Positions 23,516-35,976 of a DNA stretch of 64,000 bases are shown here, piece by piece (position 1 is the first letter of the stretch; each line of letters opens with the position of its first letter). The translations under genes were made by a program, and so were the position numbers. This stretch comes from Picochlorum sp. SENEW3. Lineage: Eukaryota. The stretch is taken from assembly GCA_034226945.1 (NCBI GenBank), contig CP120457.1, positions 248,001 to 312,000 of the forward strand, written 5' to 3'. Below the pieces are notes generated by a model. The model was not told the DNA's origin. It did not search any database and saw only the letters and a program-made list of their open reading frames with translations.

Positions 23516-23601
23516 AAGGCAAAAGGAATAGTATTGATTGGGTATCAATACTACTTTCGGGTATCAATCAATCATTCAAAGGGGAGTATAACAATTCAAT
23601 T

Positions 23602-23632
23602 AACAATTCAGTTACGAATGGGTTTCTAAAAA
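23602..23632 (+). repeat. Copy of dispersed terminus-like motif (AACAATTCAGTTACGAATGGGTTTCTAAAAA)
   Basis: Near-perfect inverted match to ~42923-42953. The core also occurs at 32351. Confidence 0.8.
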
Positions 23633-23649
23633 CATTCCCGCGATGCTGT

Positions 23650-26290
23650 CTTTGATTACCTGCCTTTCATCGGGATCAGTGTCTTGATTTCAAATTTCGT
23701 AAATAGATTCGAGGATTCGTTCGGGGGCGTCTCTGGACCGACCAGCCTCATGCGAGATGGGATGGTGCAGCCCATGTGTTTGAACGTATGGTTTGATGCG
23801 AATACTTCAAATATTTGGACATACACAGATGGTTCCAAACATACGGGGTGTTTGCTTGTGGACTTGAACATGAAACAGGGCAGTTTGAGGACATATGTTG
23901 GTCGTTGCCGACAGAAGAGGCTCTAAATGCGTGGCAGATGTGTTGACCAACAGAGAACTGTAGCCAGGTCTGTAGAAGTTCGAGCATGCACCGATATTGT
24001 AGGCAATGCCATGTCCCTTTAATTCCTTTCATCATACTATATATGATTCCTCAGTCATTTGATAGGTGTTGTCTTCTTCGTATATCAGGGTTTGGTCGCA
24101 GTATCCGTGATACATCTGAGATCCTTTGGGGTACCTGAGTTGCTCACTTGCAGTCATACCTTTCCTTGCAATGATTGGTGTGCATCAATCCGGTATCCTT
24201 CGCTTCTAGATAATGCTCTATTGTTTCTTAGAGGCGAATCTCTTGGCGCTTTGGTCGCTGTTTTATTTTCTTGAATCTTCTTGTCTTCTATTTCCCACTG
24301 TATGGATGTATGTCATTCCAACCTATACCTTCCCTTTTTTTCGGCAGATATTCGTGATTGTCTCGATTCTTTTGTTTTATCTCATCTGATCGGTAAATAT
24401 AATGCTGGGTTTTGTGTGCTGAGAGGTCAATTGAAGGTATGGACTCAACATCACAGGACGGAGGCTTCTCTCACCTGGAGGTGCTGAAAGTGAGATGTGG
24501 TTGGTATAGAATGGTGCAATAATTCCTGATATTTGTCGAGTGCTTCCTGAATTGATAATCTGCCTCAAAGTGATTTCTTGTGGTTGATGCCAGCTTGGAA
24601 TCAACAGCCTTCTGGATTCCTTGGACACAAGGACTTTGTGAGGCCGGATCAATACGATGGTGTGGCATTCCTATTGTCCCCCTCATATGCATATGATTTG
24701 AGAATTCTCAATTGGGACTGATTTTGTAAAGCGATCCCGTCAGTCAAATCCACCATATATTGTATTCAAATCAATTCCATTTGAGATGCTAGTGCTACCC
24801 TACTATCCGATGTATCCTACTCTGTCTCAGTGTACACATAGCGAACCTGGAAATTGGATTAGACAACAGACAGGCCGTCTCTCAACGAAGCTTCAGGTCC
24901 AGCACAGACGAGACACGAGTCTTCAATCAATGGGATAGAAGCAAGGATGCTATGAATAGGGTCACAATGACTATCTCACCTGGAAAACTCGCTTGGCTGT
25001 CAACCCTTGGTGGGTAAAAAAAATTAGACCCAGATCCACATTTGTTAGCAGGTCCCAGGTTCCTTCTCCCCATCAGATTCCACACTTAATAAACTCAGCC
25101 ATGGAAATGAGTCCCAACGGAAGCAATATTGATGGTATCAATATGCTAGAAAGTTGCATCCCGTGAGAAAGGGCACAGGTAGATTCTTGATGCTCTACCG
25201 TTGAGACTAAAACCTTCATCTGATGGTCCTTGCTGAATAATTCAGATCCGGCCACTCTTTTGGACGGTGTTGATTCATTCTCTGCATGCTAAATGTACTC
25301 ATGAACCGAGTTTGTTATCAAAACATGCAAAACCATGAGAATATTTCTTTTTGCAACAGTTGGACCAGTCAAAAAAGCCATCTGTTCTGGAGGAATACAT
25401 GTATAACTTTGTGGTCCAATGCAATTCCCCCGAATTTGATCATACGTGCCGGGCTCAAAGGATCCGGGCTGCCTGACTTTGGTCTTGGAGGTGGATGAGT
25501 AAAATATCGGGACATATATTGGTCGGGGCGGACGGAGGACATGCTCTGAATGCAGGGCAGTTGTGTTGACTGACAAAGTGTTGACAGAACAGCACCCTCT
25601 CATGCACCTCATGAGAATCAGTGCCATGTCAGTAACCATTTGCTGAGGAGTATACTGATCACTCTTAACATGAGCAATTACATCGAAGCTTCTCTCATCT
25701 CTTTAGATGTTCATGAAATGCTCTTAGGTGCTCTCTGATGTTCTTAGAGCTTTGTCAGGTTCTCTGATGATCTTAGATACTTGTTGAATGTTCATGAAAT
25801 CTTCTTTCATCTTCTTTGGCACTGCTGTTTCCGTAATAAGTTGGGGGCACTCTTGGGAGTGGGTCGATCGAGAGTATCGGCCGGCCCACCTAGATCGGCG
25901 ACAGATGAAGAAGATCGGTTTCGAAGGTGTCGGCAGCTCGCCTTTGCGGCGCTGGGCCGCCCAGCAGGAACGCCCGTTGCCGCCCGGACCGTAGCCCAGC
26001 CCAGTTTTTTTGGAATATCTTTTCGTCGGGGGCCGAGCGAGGAAATTTCGGGGCCTGGTGAGGGAGCGATTTTCGGCCCATTTCCGGAAATCGCGCACAT
26101 CGGCGGACACCGCCCCCCGCCCCCGGCACCTCCGCCAGCGAGAAATGCAAAATCCCACAGTTATAGAGCGTGTTATTCGATTGGGAGGCTCGTTTCCGCG
26201 CGATCGGTCGCGCAGTGGACGCGCCGATTTAAAGAAAATCCCGATTTTTTTATGGTTACAGCTGTAATCCTTAATCTACGCATCGCAAAA
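23650..26290 (-). pseudogene. Degenerate coding-like segment with a GC-rich right end (probable decayed TE/cargo)
   Basis: Four minus-strand ORFs (25724-26158, 25289-25639, 25073-25255, 24377-24652) share one frame and are separated by stops. There is a GC-rich island at ~25860-26240. No family recognised. Confidence 0.35.
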
Positions 26291-26523
26291 AAAAAAATTT
26301 TTTGGGAACTTTTTTAATGTTCTAAATATATATTATACAGGCTGGTGCTGTAACCCACACTAATTATTTTGGGCAACGCTCCTGGGTGGAGAGCCTAGGA
26401 GATGTGACAGTTTCTTGGTCAAAAATCGACTTGTAGTGCCACTACATACAGATGAATATAAAGATATAGAACAGGAAAGTCGTGCAGAAAAATAAAGCAA
26501 ACCATATCTCGGATCTTATAAAA

Positions 26524-28885
26524 TCAAAATGGGCACTCTTTAATACGTTCCCATGCTCCAGTTTCTCTGTTGGCCTGGTAATACTGCTCAACAGAATCGC
26601 CATCAAAGCAAATCTTGACCATATAGCCTGGAGCATGTTTGTTCTCAGAATACGTCGAGGAACGGTCGAATCTTGCGAAAAATTTCTCCAGATTCTTTTT
26701 TACCATGGTCATGCGTTTGTTCATCTCAGATTCATTACGCTGCACAGAGGCCTTCTTGAAAAAAGCTCCTTCCTGGTGTGTACCCTTCAATACATAATGA
26801 TCTGTATTCATTCGAATCAGCAGGAATGGAATGTCCTTGGCAAGCCAGTCATGAGTGATCACACGAGTGCGTCGAGCCTCCTGCAGCATGCAATAATGCA
26901 TATGCTGCCATTCGTCCACTTCCAAGGCTGCTGCAATCCTATGAGCAGAATTTTCTTTTCTTGCAAAGCAAAAGTCGATTCTATAGGCACGCCCCGTGGT
27001 ATTGTTTTTGAAAGGGTACCACCTGCCAAGGGACTCGCGCCTGATGTTGAATACGTCTGACACATTATTATTGAGCCATGCACTTGCCATGTCTTCCTTG
27101 ACTTTGCGGCCTGTATTGTCTCCAGAATACCCACTGGATATATAACGCTGGATACATTGGATAGTTTCTAGAGGAAGATTGGATTCATTCTCATCGAGGT
27201 AATGCCGAGCACAGAGATGCCCTTCGAATCTCCTGTACACAGGCCCATCGGCTAGGTTCTGCTGGCATTCTTTCAGGCATCGTTGACATGCTCTAGTGAT
27301 TTCCACATGCTTGGTTTGATCATAATGTGATGAGCAAAGGATTCGCTTGCCATCTCTTGGCAGGCCATACCAGGCAATGGCAGTACACCCCTCGTGCGTG
27401 CAGGTTGACGTGAGGAGATACACCATATCTGGCTCTTTGCATGCATTGCATCGTTCCAAGCGATTTGTTGTGGCTCCCTCGCCATCATATCCATACGATG
27501 CGGTCATCGTGTTGCATTTATTGCATACTGGGTTAGTCTTTGTGTAGCTCCCAATAAGTTTGCTATACCGCTGTCGTAGAGATGCTGCAGTCCTTCCTTT
27601 GAATGTCCCACTGGCCGCAAGTGCATCCCAACACTTTCCCACTTCCTCAACAGATTTCAAAAGACGTAAATCTTCATCCTCAGTGTAATGAGCCGATTTG
27701 ACCGAATATGCGCGGCTGTGCTCCTTAAGATGCTGTTTGTAATTTCTGAGGACAATAGGAAGTTTTGTGCATGGTCTGTCAATCTCTGGGAAATAGTCCT
27801 TACCTACCTTTGCCCAGTCTATATGTCCCAATTTATTGATATGATACTTTTCATTTTGTGACAGCGATAATAGCAGGGTTTTCTGTTCGGATGTCCATTC
27901 TCTCCGCTTTGAAGGCGACTCTGTTGACTGTTGTTCTCTGACATATTTGATCTTCTTCTTGATGGATTCCCTATTCCTCCAAGGCATCAGATACTTACTG
28001 CAATATGCTCGCAGACTCCCCCATTTTGTATCTATATACTCTCTTTCTGGACCATCTTTCAGAAAGGCTGCCACAGCTGCCCTGATCAAGTTCTCCTCAT
28101 CCTCATCATACTTGCCCTTCTTGGACTTGTATTCTTCACCGTAAACGGCATGCAAGATGTTTCTCTTTTCTTCGACTGCTTCTTCCAGATCCTTCTTACC
28201 TTGCGCATACCTTGAAGGAGCATCTGTGATGCTATTGCCTTGGGCATCTCCATGCACCCTTCATGCAGAATATATACATGGTCAATCAATGTAGCATAAT
28301 TAGGCCTCTCCTCTCATGAATCACACATGGATGTGTTATGTGTATGATATTGACGTACCTGTCACCTGACTTCTCCAGAGGGGCGAATGGCACTCCCAGA
28401 TTGACAGAAACCTCTGTGAGACGTCCTTGCATTGGAGTGCTCTTGACCGCGTCTGGACAGATCTTTTGGGGAGATGGATCACAGCAACGCTCACCAGAAA
28501 ACAAGCAAGTGCTATCATTGTTTAGTAACTTGAGACGCTTTGCTTCACGAGGGCCATATGCAACCTGTGGAGCAGTGTTTTCTTGATTCTCCTTGCATGT
28601 TTTTGTTCTTGGAGAATAATTCGCAAGATCATCCTCTAAACATGGAACATGAGACTCCGACTGGCTTCCTGTAAGGTCCACCACCTCTACTGTTGCACCA
28701 CTGCTATGCTCAAGGGTCTCATCATACAAGGAATCAGTCTCTCGATAGGTCAGAGTGACATCATCATCATCATTGTTGTTGTTGTTGATAGGCTGCTGTG
28801 GAAGACTATGGGATGATGCGACAGGCTGAAAGTAGAATGTAATCAGTCTGTTGTTTAAGGATGCCTCTTCTTCTCTTGGACCCAT
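26524..28885 (-). CDS. Myb/SANT repeats + EsV-1-7-like Cys-rich repeats + PD-(D/E)XK-type endonuclease fusion (intron 28259-28358)
   Basis: Myb repeats 'REWTSEQKTLLL...DWAKV' and 'YTEDEDLRLLKSVEEVGKCWDAL...GRTAASLRQRY'. Cys repeats 'CNKCNTMTASYGYDG...RCNACKEPDMV...CTHEGCTAIAWYG...LCSSH'. Nuclease 'YRIDF...LEVDEWQH...IRMNTDHY'. The upstream exon splices in frame (AG|G GTG). Confidence 0.8.
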
Positions 28886-29207
28886 TGAGAAAACCTGCAA
28901 GTGACATATACAATGATCAACTAATAACTATCATTAAAACAGAGAAGGGTAATTTCGCATCGCATAAATCACGTCTTGGCGTACCTTTTTCTATTTTCAC
29001 TGTCGTATACAAAGCGATTTGGAAATACCACGCCACTCGTGTTGTGATTCAAGCAGTCTTTGATGTCCTGCTGTTGTGTATATATAATTATTATTGAAGA
29101 CTATTACCATCTGAAAACTCTTCTTTCCATCGTATGATAGCAGTGTACGAGAGACATTTGATCTCATCGCATTCAAAATTGGAAGCATCATTCGATCACT
29201 GGCTGGT

Positions 29208-29240
29208 CTACCCACCTACCCACCTACCCACCTACCCACC
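29208..29240 (+). repeat. (CCTACCCA)n 8-bp tandem repeat, ~4 copies
   Basis: Read directly from the sequence. Confidence 0.85.
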
Positions 29241-29612
29241 TGCAGGCAGCCCATCCCGAAACATCAACACCGCCGTCCTGTCCTGATATTTCATGCCTCC
29301 AACTGAAGAGATGCTCAAAATTTTCTTGACAACAATAAAACTCTTCCATTCCTTTCCAACACCACAGACACATAGCATCCTTTTCATGACGTAAACTTGA
29401 AAGTATCTCAATTCTTCCAACACCCTACCGAACAACCAGACCTGACGAGTCGGATGCACCCAGGCAGGTGATATAAGATCTGTTATATAAATAATTCACC
29501 ATGGTGCCCATATGGTACCACGATGTGTGGGTCATCTCCACTGTCGGGATAATTTTCCTCGGCAGATGCAATGCATTACCACAACTACACTCTGATATCA
29601 CGAAAAGAAGAA

Positions 29613-32089
29613 GAAGAAACAATATACAATATCATGTCCATGGGGCTTCCTTTGGTCTCTGCGCCCTTCGTCTTCTGAGGCAATGTGGCCTGCACGAGCC
29701 AGGGAGAGACGGAAACCTAAAGGAGCCCCAATATGCATAAGCATATGCACTGCTCTACTTCGAGAATTACAGAGAAAGATAAATAAAAGCACAGAAAGAG
29801 CGAAAAATTGAATCAAGTTCGAACAGTGCATGAAATAATTCATTGTGTTGATGAATTCATACCTACTAGATGGCCATGTTGATGGCCAGAACCCTGCTGC
29901 TAGATATATATATATACCTCCATATATTATTAGCATACCATCGATCTAAAGATTCTAAAGATTCGAACAGGCTCTCACACGTATGCCATCCCTTCATGAT
30001 ACTCGTCACCCCTCACTACTCATCACCATGACCGCACATGTACTCTTTCCACTCACTCACTGTACTTCTAGTATATTGATCTTCTCAGAAATCATGCACA
30101 TGCGATCATTAAGATTATAGGGAACGATTTTCATCGTCATTGAAGATGAAGGGATTTGCCTCGGCAACTGGATCATAACTCTCCATGAAAAAGCCATCCT
30201 GGTTGTCGTTGACAAACAAAGGGGTTCCTGGAGTGGAATTCTGCAAGATGTCATCGTCCACGAGGCCATGTACTCCTAGAAGAGACTCTGCGACTGGAGT
30301 TTCTTGACATGTTGGCTGCGGCAAGACAGAGTCAGGGAGCCCATCGAAGATGGCATTGTTGTAGCCATGTCCTGATGACAGGTCAATCCCAGATCCTTTT
30401 CCTTCTGGTTGCACCAGACGCAAAGCATCATCATGCTGTCCGCCATTATCAGGACGTCTTGGTAGGATACCATTGAATCCTGGAAGAAGCTCTGCGGCAG
30501 GGATTCCTGGACATGTTGGCTGCGGCAAGATGGAGTCAGGGGACGTATCAAAAGCACCCTCATCAGAGGCATTCTGCTCTGATGTGTCGCCACTGCCATC
30601 TCCTGGTACCATTTTTGGTCGCACCAGAGAACGTGGAGAAACATCATCCTGCTGCACGCCATCGCCCTCAAGATCTAGTGGTCTCTTTGCACTTTTGCTG
30701 CTGGATGGGGATGCATGCTCTAATGGATTAGTTTCTGTTCCACGGCGCTTATTCGATCTAGAAATCTTTGAAGCTGTGGAGAGCAGGGTTTTCAGCGCAG
30801 CCCTACGTGCTTCGTCTTTAACAGATGTACAAAAGCTTTTCCTTACACCTTGGTCCAGCTGCTTCCAGCTCTCGTTTGCTTCCAGATCCAGATCACTAGC
30901 CTTGCACTGGATGTAAGCATCCACCTGGACACGTATGCATAAACGTGCTGGACGTGTCACTTCTTCCGTATATTTAGTCTTCTCCATTGATGCTGTATAG
31001 ATCATATCAAGTGCTTCTTTGGCTTTCTGTTCAGCCGAGACGATCTCATTCAGAAAGAAGTTGAGGCACCTGAGTGACACAATAAAAAAAGAGTGCGTTG
31101 TTGTGCCCCTTCCCATGATTTGATCTGGGCAGAAAATGTGTTCAATCTCGCCCAAGTGCTCCTTTACTATTTCTTTAAGCCTTTTATTGGTTGTAGCCGG
31201 TGTCATTGCACTGGGGGTGACGACTGTGTAATGGAAAAAGGGCAGTCGTCTAATGTTCTTAGGAAGACTAAATTCTTCGATTGTCTCATCAAAACCCCCT
31301 CGGACCTCAGCCCCCTCGCATATCGTCAATAACTTCCGAATAAGTTCGATTTGGCGGCCATCCTCGGATTTTCTTTCGCAAGTTTCTTGGAAACTGTCGT
31401 CGCTGGCCATGGTTCGTTCGTTTTGAGAGAAAAAGAAAGCAAGAAAAAACCGAAAAGCACTCTATGCTATATCACCGTTGCCTCTGCATATCGACAATAG
31501 TCAAATGTCTATGAATCGTTGTGAATCAGATAGAACAAGCCGCGGCAAAATGTTTGCGACAGAATTGTTGACTCGAGCTGTTCGGCTTCATCTAGTAGTA
31601 GATGTCGCTCGCAGCGCTGCGGTTGAAACCGTTTTGTAGTGATAAAAACGGGTTCTAGACACATATAAACACCAACATGTCGTATATATGTGATACTAAT
31701 GACATACGATTGCACGTACAAGAGTTTCGGTTTGAAGTTGACTTTGCGTTCGACTACTCTGCTCTACTCTCAACACTTGAGAAGAAGAAAAGACAGTCGG
31801 TACCTAAACAGAGAATAGTTACTACTGTTGTTGGATATATGGTATGAATTGGAGGACTATTACATGCTGGAGTGCCTCATGATGGCGGAGTTTTGCTGAT
31901 TGATTCTCGAATAGTCTGTCCTTCAAGGCGGGTAAATTCAAATTCGCGAATTCGATTGACACCCCCTGTCAAAGGCTCTTTTTGAAGGGATCGTGGGAAG
32001 CTTTCCCTGAGATGGCTGTGTGTATGCCATCAAAAGGAACGTTTGATCGGAGATGGAAGATACGTTAGGAGATGTGAGACTGTCTTGGT
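29613..32089 (-). repeat. Left arm of ~2.5-kb inverted duplication (partner 43955-46648)
   Basis: 29613-~30715 and ~31400-32089 are near-identical reverse complements of ~45340-46648 and 43955-44643. Confidence 0.93.
30115..31410 (-). CDS. Hypothetical protein, paralog A of the inverted-arm gene family
   Basis: 431-aa intronless ORF. Its C-terminal half is nearly identical to 44635-46134, and its N-terminal domain is distantly homologous. Confidence 0.8.
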   Translation of the reverse strand: MASDDSFQETCERKSEDGRQIELIRKLLTICEGAEVRGGFDETIEEFSLPKNIRRLPFFHYTVVTPSAMTPATTNKRLKEIVKEHLGEIEHIFCPDQIMGRGTTTHSFFIVSLRCLNFFLNEIVSAEQKAKEALDMIYTASMEKTKYTEEVTRPARLCIRVQVDAYIQCKASDLDLEANESWKQLDQGVRKSFCTSVKDEARRAALKTLLSTASKISRSNKRRGTETNPLEHASPSSSKSAKRPLDLEGDGVQQDDVSPRSLVRPKMVPGDGSGDTSEQNASDEGAFDTSPDSILPQPTCPGIPAAELLPGFNGILPRRPDNGGQHDDALRLVQPEGKGSGIDLSSGHGYNNAIFDGLPDSVLPQPTCQETPVAESLLGVHGLVDDDILQNSTPGTPLFVNDNQDGFFMESYDPVAEANPFIFNDDENRSL

Positions 32090-32260
32090 CCTTCTTTCAC
32101 CTCCTACTAAGCCCATCTTTCGACCGGAGGATCTTCTGAGATAGCATATTAGGCCAAAAAACGGCATATATGCCGTTGCTATATATATAGCATAGACTAC
32201 GGCAAACCGGCTCGCTATGCCAGGCCCCCGCTATGCTGATGACCCAAGGTGAATCACCTA

Positions 32261-32292
32261 GACGGGAACCACGGAATCAATTAAGAGCGGCC
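32261..32292 (+). mobile_element. Solo, diverged right TIR of the Harbinger-like MITE family
   Basis: GACGGGAACCACGGAATCAATTAAGAGCGGCC followed by TAA, resembling the 42818-42849 TIR. Palindrome-rich sequence lies upstream at 32140-32240. Confidence 0.7.
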
Positions 32293-32714
32293 TAATAGAA
32301 ATCCCACAATCGAGTTGATCCGCCCTTATAACTCTTAATTAATTAATTAAGAATGGGTTTCTAAAAAGGAAGTTTTCGAACCTTTTTAATGTTCTAAAAT
32401 TCTCATTAGCCCCGGGTCCTAAAAACCCCCGATCGAGGGGCAATCTTGACTCATCTCATTCGCACTGGATACACAAGTACTGTGCACAATTCTTCGCATG
32501 TACAATCAATCTACACTTTAAAGTTATTTTGGCAATCTTCATGCTGCAACGCTCACCTCGGTGACCTACACCTTGAACGAGAGTTTGAGCATGTCCTATA
32601 CATGTGCGTTTTGCTCTCTCACACATTGTTGCAATCTCTACCCATGATGCTATATCGGTATAATCATATATTTTCATCTATCTTATCCGCATCTGAGCAA
32701 TTTCTGTGCAGGAA

Positions 32715-33623
32715 ATGGCCCTCCCTTTACACGAGCTGTACAAAGACAGGGACGTCTGGGAGTTTTGGAGAGAGACTGAGGCGTTTTCGGACGCTATTCC
32801 CCGCATCTGTAACCACGTAGAGACTCTAATTCAACGCTATGGGGCATTGTACGGCGTGGTGGTGTGGCTGGGGACCGATGGCAAGATGTATATGGTTTCC
32901 AGCAGGAACTTGGGGCTTGCCTTTAGGCTCATACCCTTGAGGCTTTTGAAGCAAGGTCTGAGGTCCTACGTCGCTGAAATCCTGGGATATAGACCCCTCT
33001 GGGTTGATTGTATTAAGGTGAAGAATATATATGGACGAGGGAGCCAGGACGAGAGGGGAAATAGCAAAGGATATCACAACAAGAAGGCTGCTTTCTCCCT
33101 GCTGCAGAAGAGGCTTGCAGAGTCGCACGCCTTGCCTGTGGTCGCTCTAGTTCACGCTAACAATAAGTATTTAACGCTGTGTCATCCACAGAAAGATACG
33201 AAGATGCAAAATATGCTGGAGAAGGTGATAAAGTACTACCAATCCTTGTCCAATGATGGGTGCATGCCAAAAATCAAGCCTAACTTCTCGTTTCTGCCGC
33301 CCTCTTTGCATGTTGACAGCAGTTGCAGACTTAAGCGACCATCAAATTTGTCGTCTCGTCCGAACAGGAGAAAGAAGACGCCCAAGACAAGGGATTGCCA
33401 GTCTCCAGGGGATGAATGGGAGGCCATGGAGTTTGTGCATGAACCTGGCTCGGTGCCGTGGTATTGTCACGCGATCAAGGATCCTAACGGCACCGGAGTA
33501 GCTGCTTTGATCAAGTCAGACATGTATTATAAATGGGCGTTCGCGGATGCTCGATGCCATGGGCCTGGGGGCAGTATGAGGGTCCACCACAACTTGCTGG
33601 TTGAGGTGGAATCTGAAGCTTGA
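32715..33623 (+). CDS. ORF immediately upstream of the KDZ transposase ORF; likely its N-terminal part (frame change near 33600)
   Basis: ~300-aa ORF overlapping the next ORF by 23 nt in a different frame, with the same GC-richer composition. Confidence 0.6.
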   Translation: MALPLHELYKDRDVWEFWRETEAFSDAIPRICNHVETLIQRYGALYGVVVWLGTDGKMYMVSSRNLGLAFRLIPLRLLKQGLRSYVAEILGYRPLWVDCIKVKNIYGRGSQDERGNSKGYHNKKAAFSLLQKRLAESHALPVVALVHANNKYLTLCHPQKDTKMQNMLEKVIKYYQSLSNDGCMPKIKPNFSFLPPSLHVDSSCRLKRPSNLSSRPNRRKKTPKTRDCQSPGDEWEAMEFVHEPGSVPWYCHAIKDPNGTGVAALIKSDMYYKWAFADARCHGPGGSMRVHHNLLVEVESEA

Positions 33624-35976
33624 TCCCATGGGCCATTTGCGGTGCTCTTGTGCCGTATTTCGCAATTGTCTGGAGCCCAAAGAATGTGTTCACACGTTGT
33701 ATACCCGTGTGAACTCGGAACGCCTGCGCAGTATGGCGTTTTCAAAGGAAGGCGAGGTGGTGACCATCATGAAAAATAACTCCTCCACAGCTGGCTACTA
33801 CGTGGACGGCTGCTTCGTCAGGATGCAAGGCGATAGGGGTCTTCGATGCGATTCAGATAAAGCTTATTATTGCCGGCATGTCTCTCGGGTGAGGGAGGCA
33901 TTGCACCTGGATGTGGAGCCTGGAGAGGAAGAGAGTGAGGGTTCACTTGATCCCTGCTCCTCTTCCTCTGATGACGAGGCAGACGTGCTGCCCACGAACG
34001 CATGGATAACGGATACATCAAAATCATTCAAGATAGAGTATCCTTATAGCAGTGTATTGGAGGAGGCGGTGATGGAGCGGCTGCTGTTTGGCTTTTCAAG
34101 AGACAAGGAAGGCACCCCACTTGGGCCTCTTCAGCCACCCATGCCCACCTCGATCACGTGCGAATGCGGCCTTCCTTATACAAGGAGAGGATTTGAAGAG
34201 ACAGATCCTGTGACGGTGTATATGAGACCGCCGCACTGCGCCAGGACGCTTCCCTGCATGGTGTTGAAGTGCCAAAGGGGTGCACCAGAATGCACCCTGC
34301 ACTATACAGGCTTGGAGGACGGCCTGTGGCGTGCCTCCAAGACAGTGGCGGTAGAACTGGATCTTTTAGTACGATGTGCAAGGGATTTTGTCGGATTTAG
34401 AGGACATTCGCTCACTGCACAGCGCGACAGCATCAGTGAAATGTATGACATGGTTTCTCGCACCAATCCCACTGAGAGTTTCCTAGTGGCCAATGCGTTC
34501 CGAAAAGCAGTATATGGAGTTGCTAGCTGTCTTCAATTTGATATAAAGGGCATTGAGAGGAGCTTGCGAGAAGGATGTGGGGCTGCAATGCCACCAAATG
34601 CCATGATGTGTCCCATTTGCCAGGACAGCCCAGATGTGATCATCATGGATGGCACCTCCATGTCCATCAGCGCCTCTCTTTGCAGCGCCGAGTCCTTTAC
34701 GGCGCGCAGAGGTACTATTACTAAGAAAAGACCGCATTTGATGGTCGAGCGGTGCTTTTTCAATGTCAGCAATGGGACGAATGAGGTCCCAGAGAGACGT
34801 GCAGGGCAGAGGCGAGAAGTCATCAAGCTTGTGCAGGACTTTGAGTCTTGGATCGAGTCGAAGGACACTCCACAGGGATTTGTGGGCATCCATAGACTTC
34901 GTAGTCTCGCTGATACGTGGAATTTGGGCGACTTTGTGGCGTGGGTGCACGAATCGTGCAGAGAGGGGCGGCTGTCTGTGGTGGATAGGAAAGCAGTCAA
35001 AGCCATGCTGCGGGAGTTGCGGAGCGATAGTCCAACCACGTCATACCTCTCCTACGAGTCTTCTATAGACCTTGATGGCTGCCTGGAGGCGGGGAGGGTG
35101 GTGGGACAGGCCGTCATGGACAAAGTGGGCCCCATCGTCAAGAATTTGCTAAGGATTGTGCAAGCGCCGGGCCAAGAGGGAGCTGTGATCCCCATTGGGT
35201 GGGTTTCTTTTCTACGTGAGATCATAGAAAGAAGCAGATGGATTTCCGAGATCAACTGTGGCGAGCGCGAGCTGGGAGATGACATTCCTCACCCATGTGA
35301 GGCCTCTGCAGTGAATGGGGTTTTCCTCAGGAATGGCGTCTGTTGCGGCCTCCCTCGGCTGCGTTTCCGTCCCCCATACGCATGCGATGGACAGAAAGAA
35401 GATTCAAAAGTGACTGAGAAGGACAAAGCGTCCTGTAAGCATGCGTTCCACAAGCCAGGGAAGAGGACAGGTGGAGTGTTTACGTGCATGTGCCAGCACG
35501 GCGTTGCATATGCTTCATTCATCATCAAAAATGCCGAGGGCCGCGATGAACCTTTCACATTTCTCACCTGCTATCTCAAGAAAGCTCCGAGGGTCGTGGT
35601 GTACGATTTCGCGTGCGCATTGATGGATTACTGCCTCAACAGGGCACCAGACTTTTTCAAATTTACTCTGTTCGTTGTGGATGCCTTCCATTGGGTGAAT
35701 CACGTCGCCTGTGCCAGGAGTTTTTCCATTAAATTATACAGTGAGATGAAGGACATTGCCAGCATGACGCAGAACACAGAGGCGTGCGAACAAATCAATG
35801 CTGCCATGAAGAGGTTCAAGCCGGTTCTTTCCAGGATGGGCCAGCGGCCATTCATCGCCCTGTTACGCCTGTTTCTGACACAATGGAACATCTCAAAGTA
35901 CCATAAACTCATTCGATACAGCATGGCGCGCCCAAGGCCGGAGCAGGTGCAGGTACATGCGCCAGATCAGCAGTGA
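33601..35976 (+). mobile_element. Kyakuja-Dileera-Zisupton (KDZ) transposase, Kyakuja-like, with SWIM-like and CxC Zn-binding regions
   Basis: 'CPICQDSPDVIIMDGT', 'RTGGVFTCMCQHG...EGRDEPF', 'VVYDFAC.L.DYCLNRAPDFF...FVVDAFHWVNH..C' and 'NTEACEQIN'. N-terminal 'CSC...CVH' and 'C...YCRHV'. Confidence 0.88.

Noticed and set aside
23684..23926. 'IWTYTDGSK' as an RNase H motif of a retroelement
   Set aside because: Short ORF without the downstream RNase H residues or any RT nearby. Likely coincidence.
24040..24720. Minus-strand frame whose stops are nearly all TGA (recoding or selenoprotein?)
   Set aside because: The translation resembles no protein and the frame differs from the neighbouring ORF series. 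Composition or CpG decay explains it equally well.
32236..32256. CTGATGA...GAAT as a minimal hammerhead ribozyme
   Set aside because: Lacks the GAAA core and convincing stems I/III.
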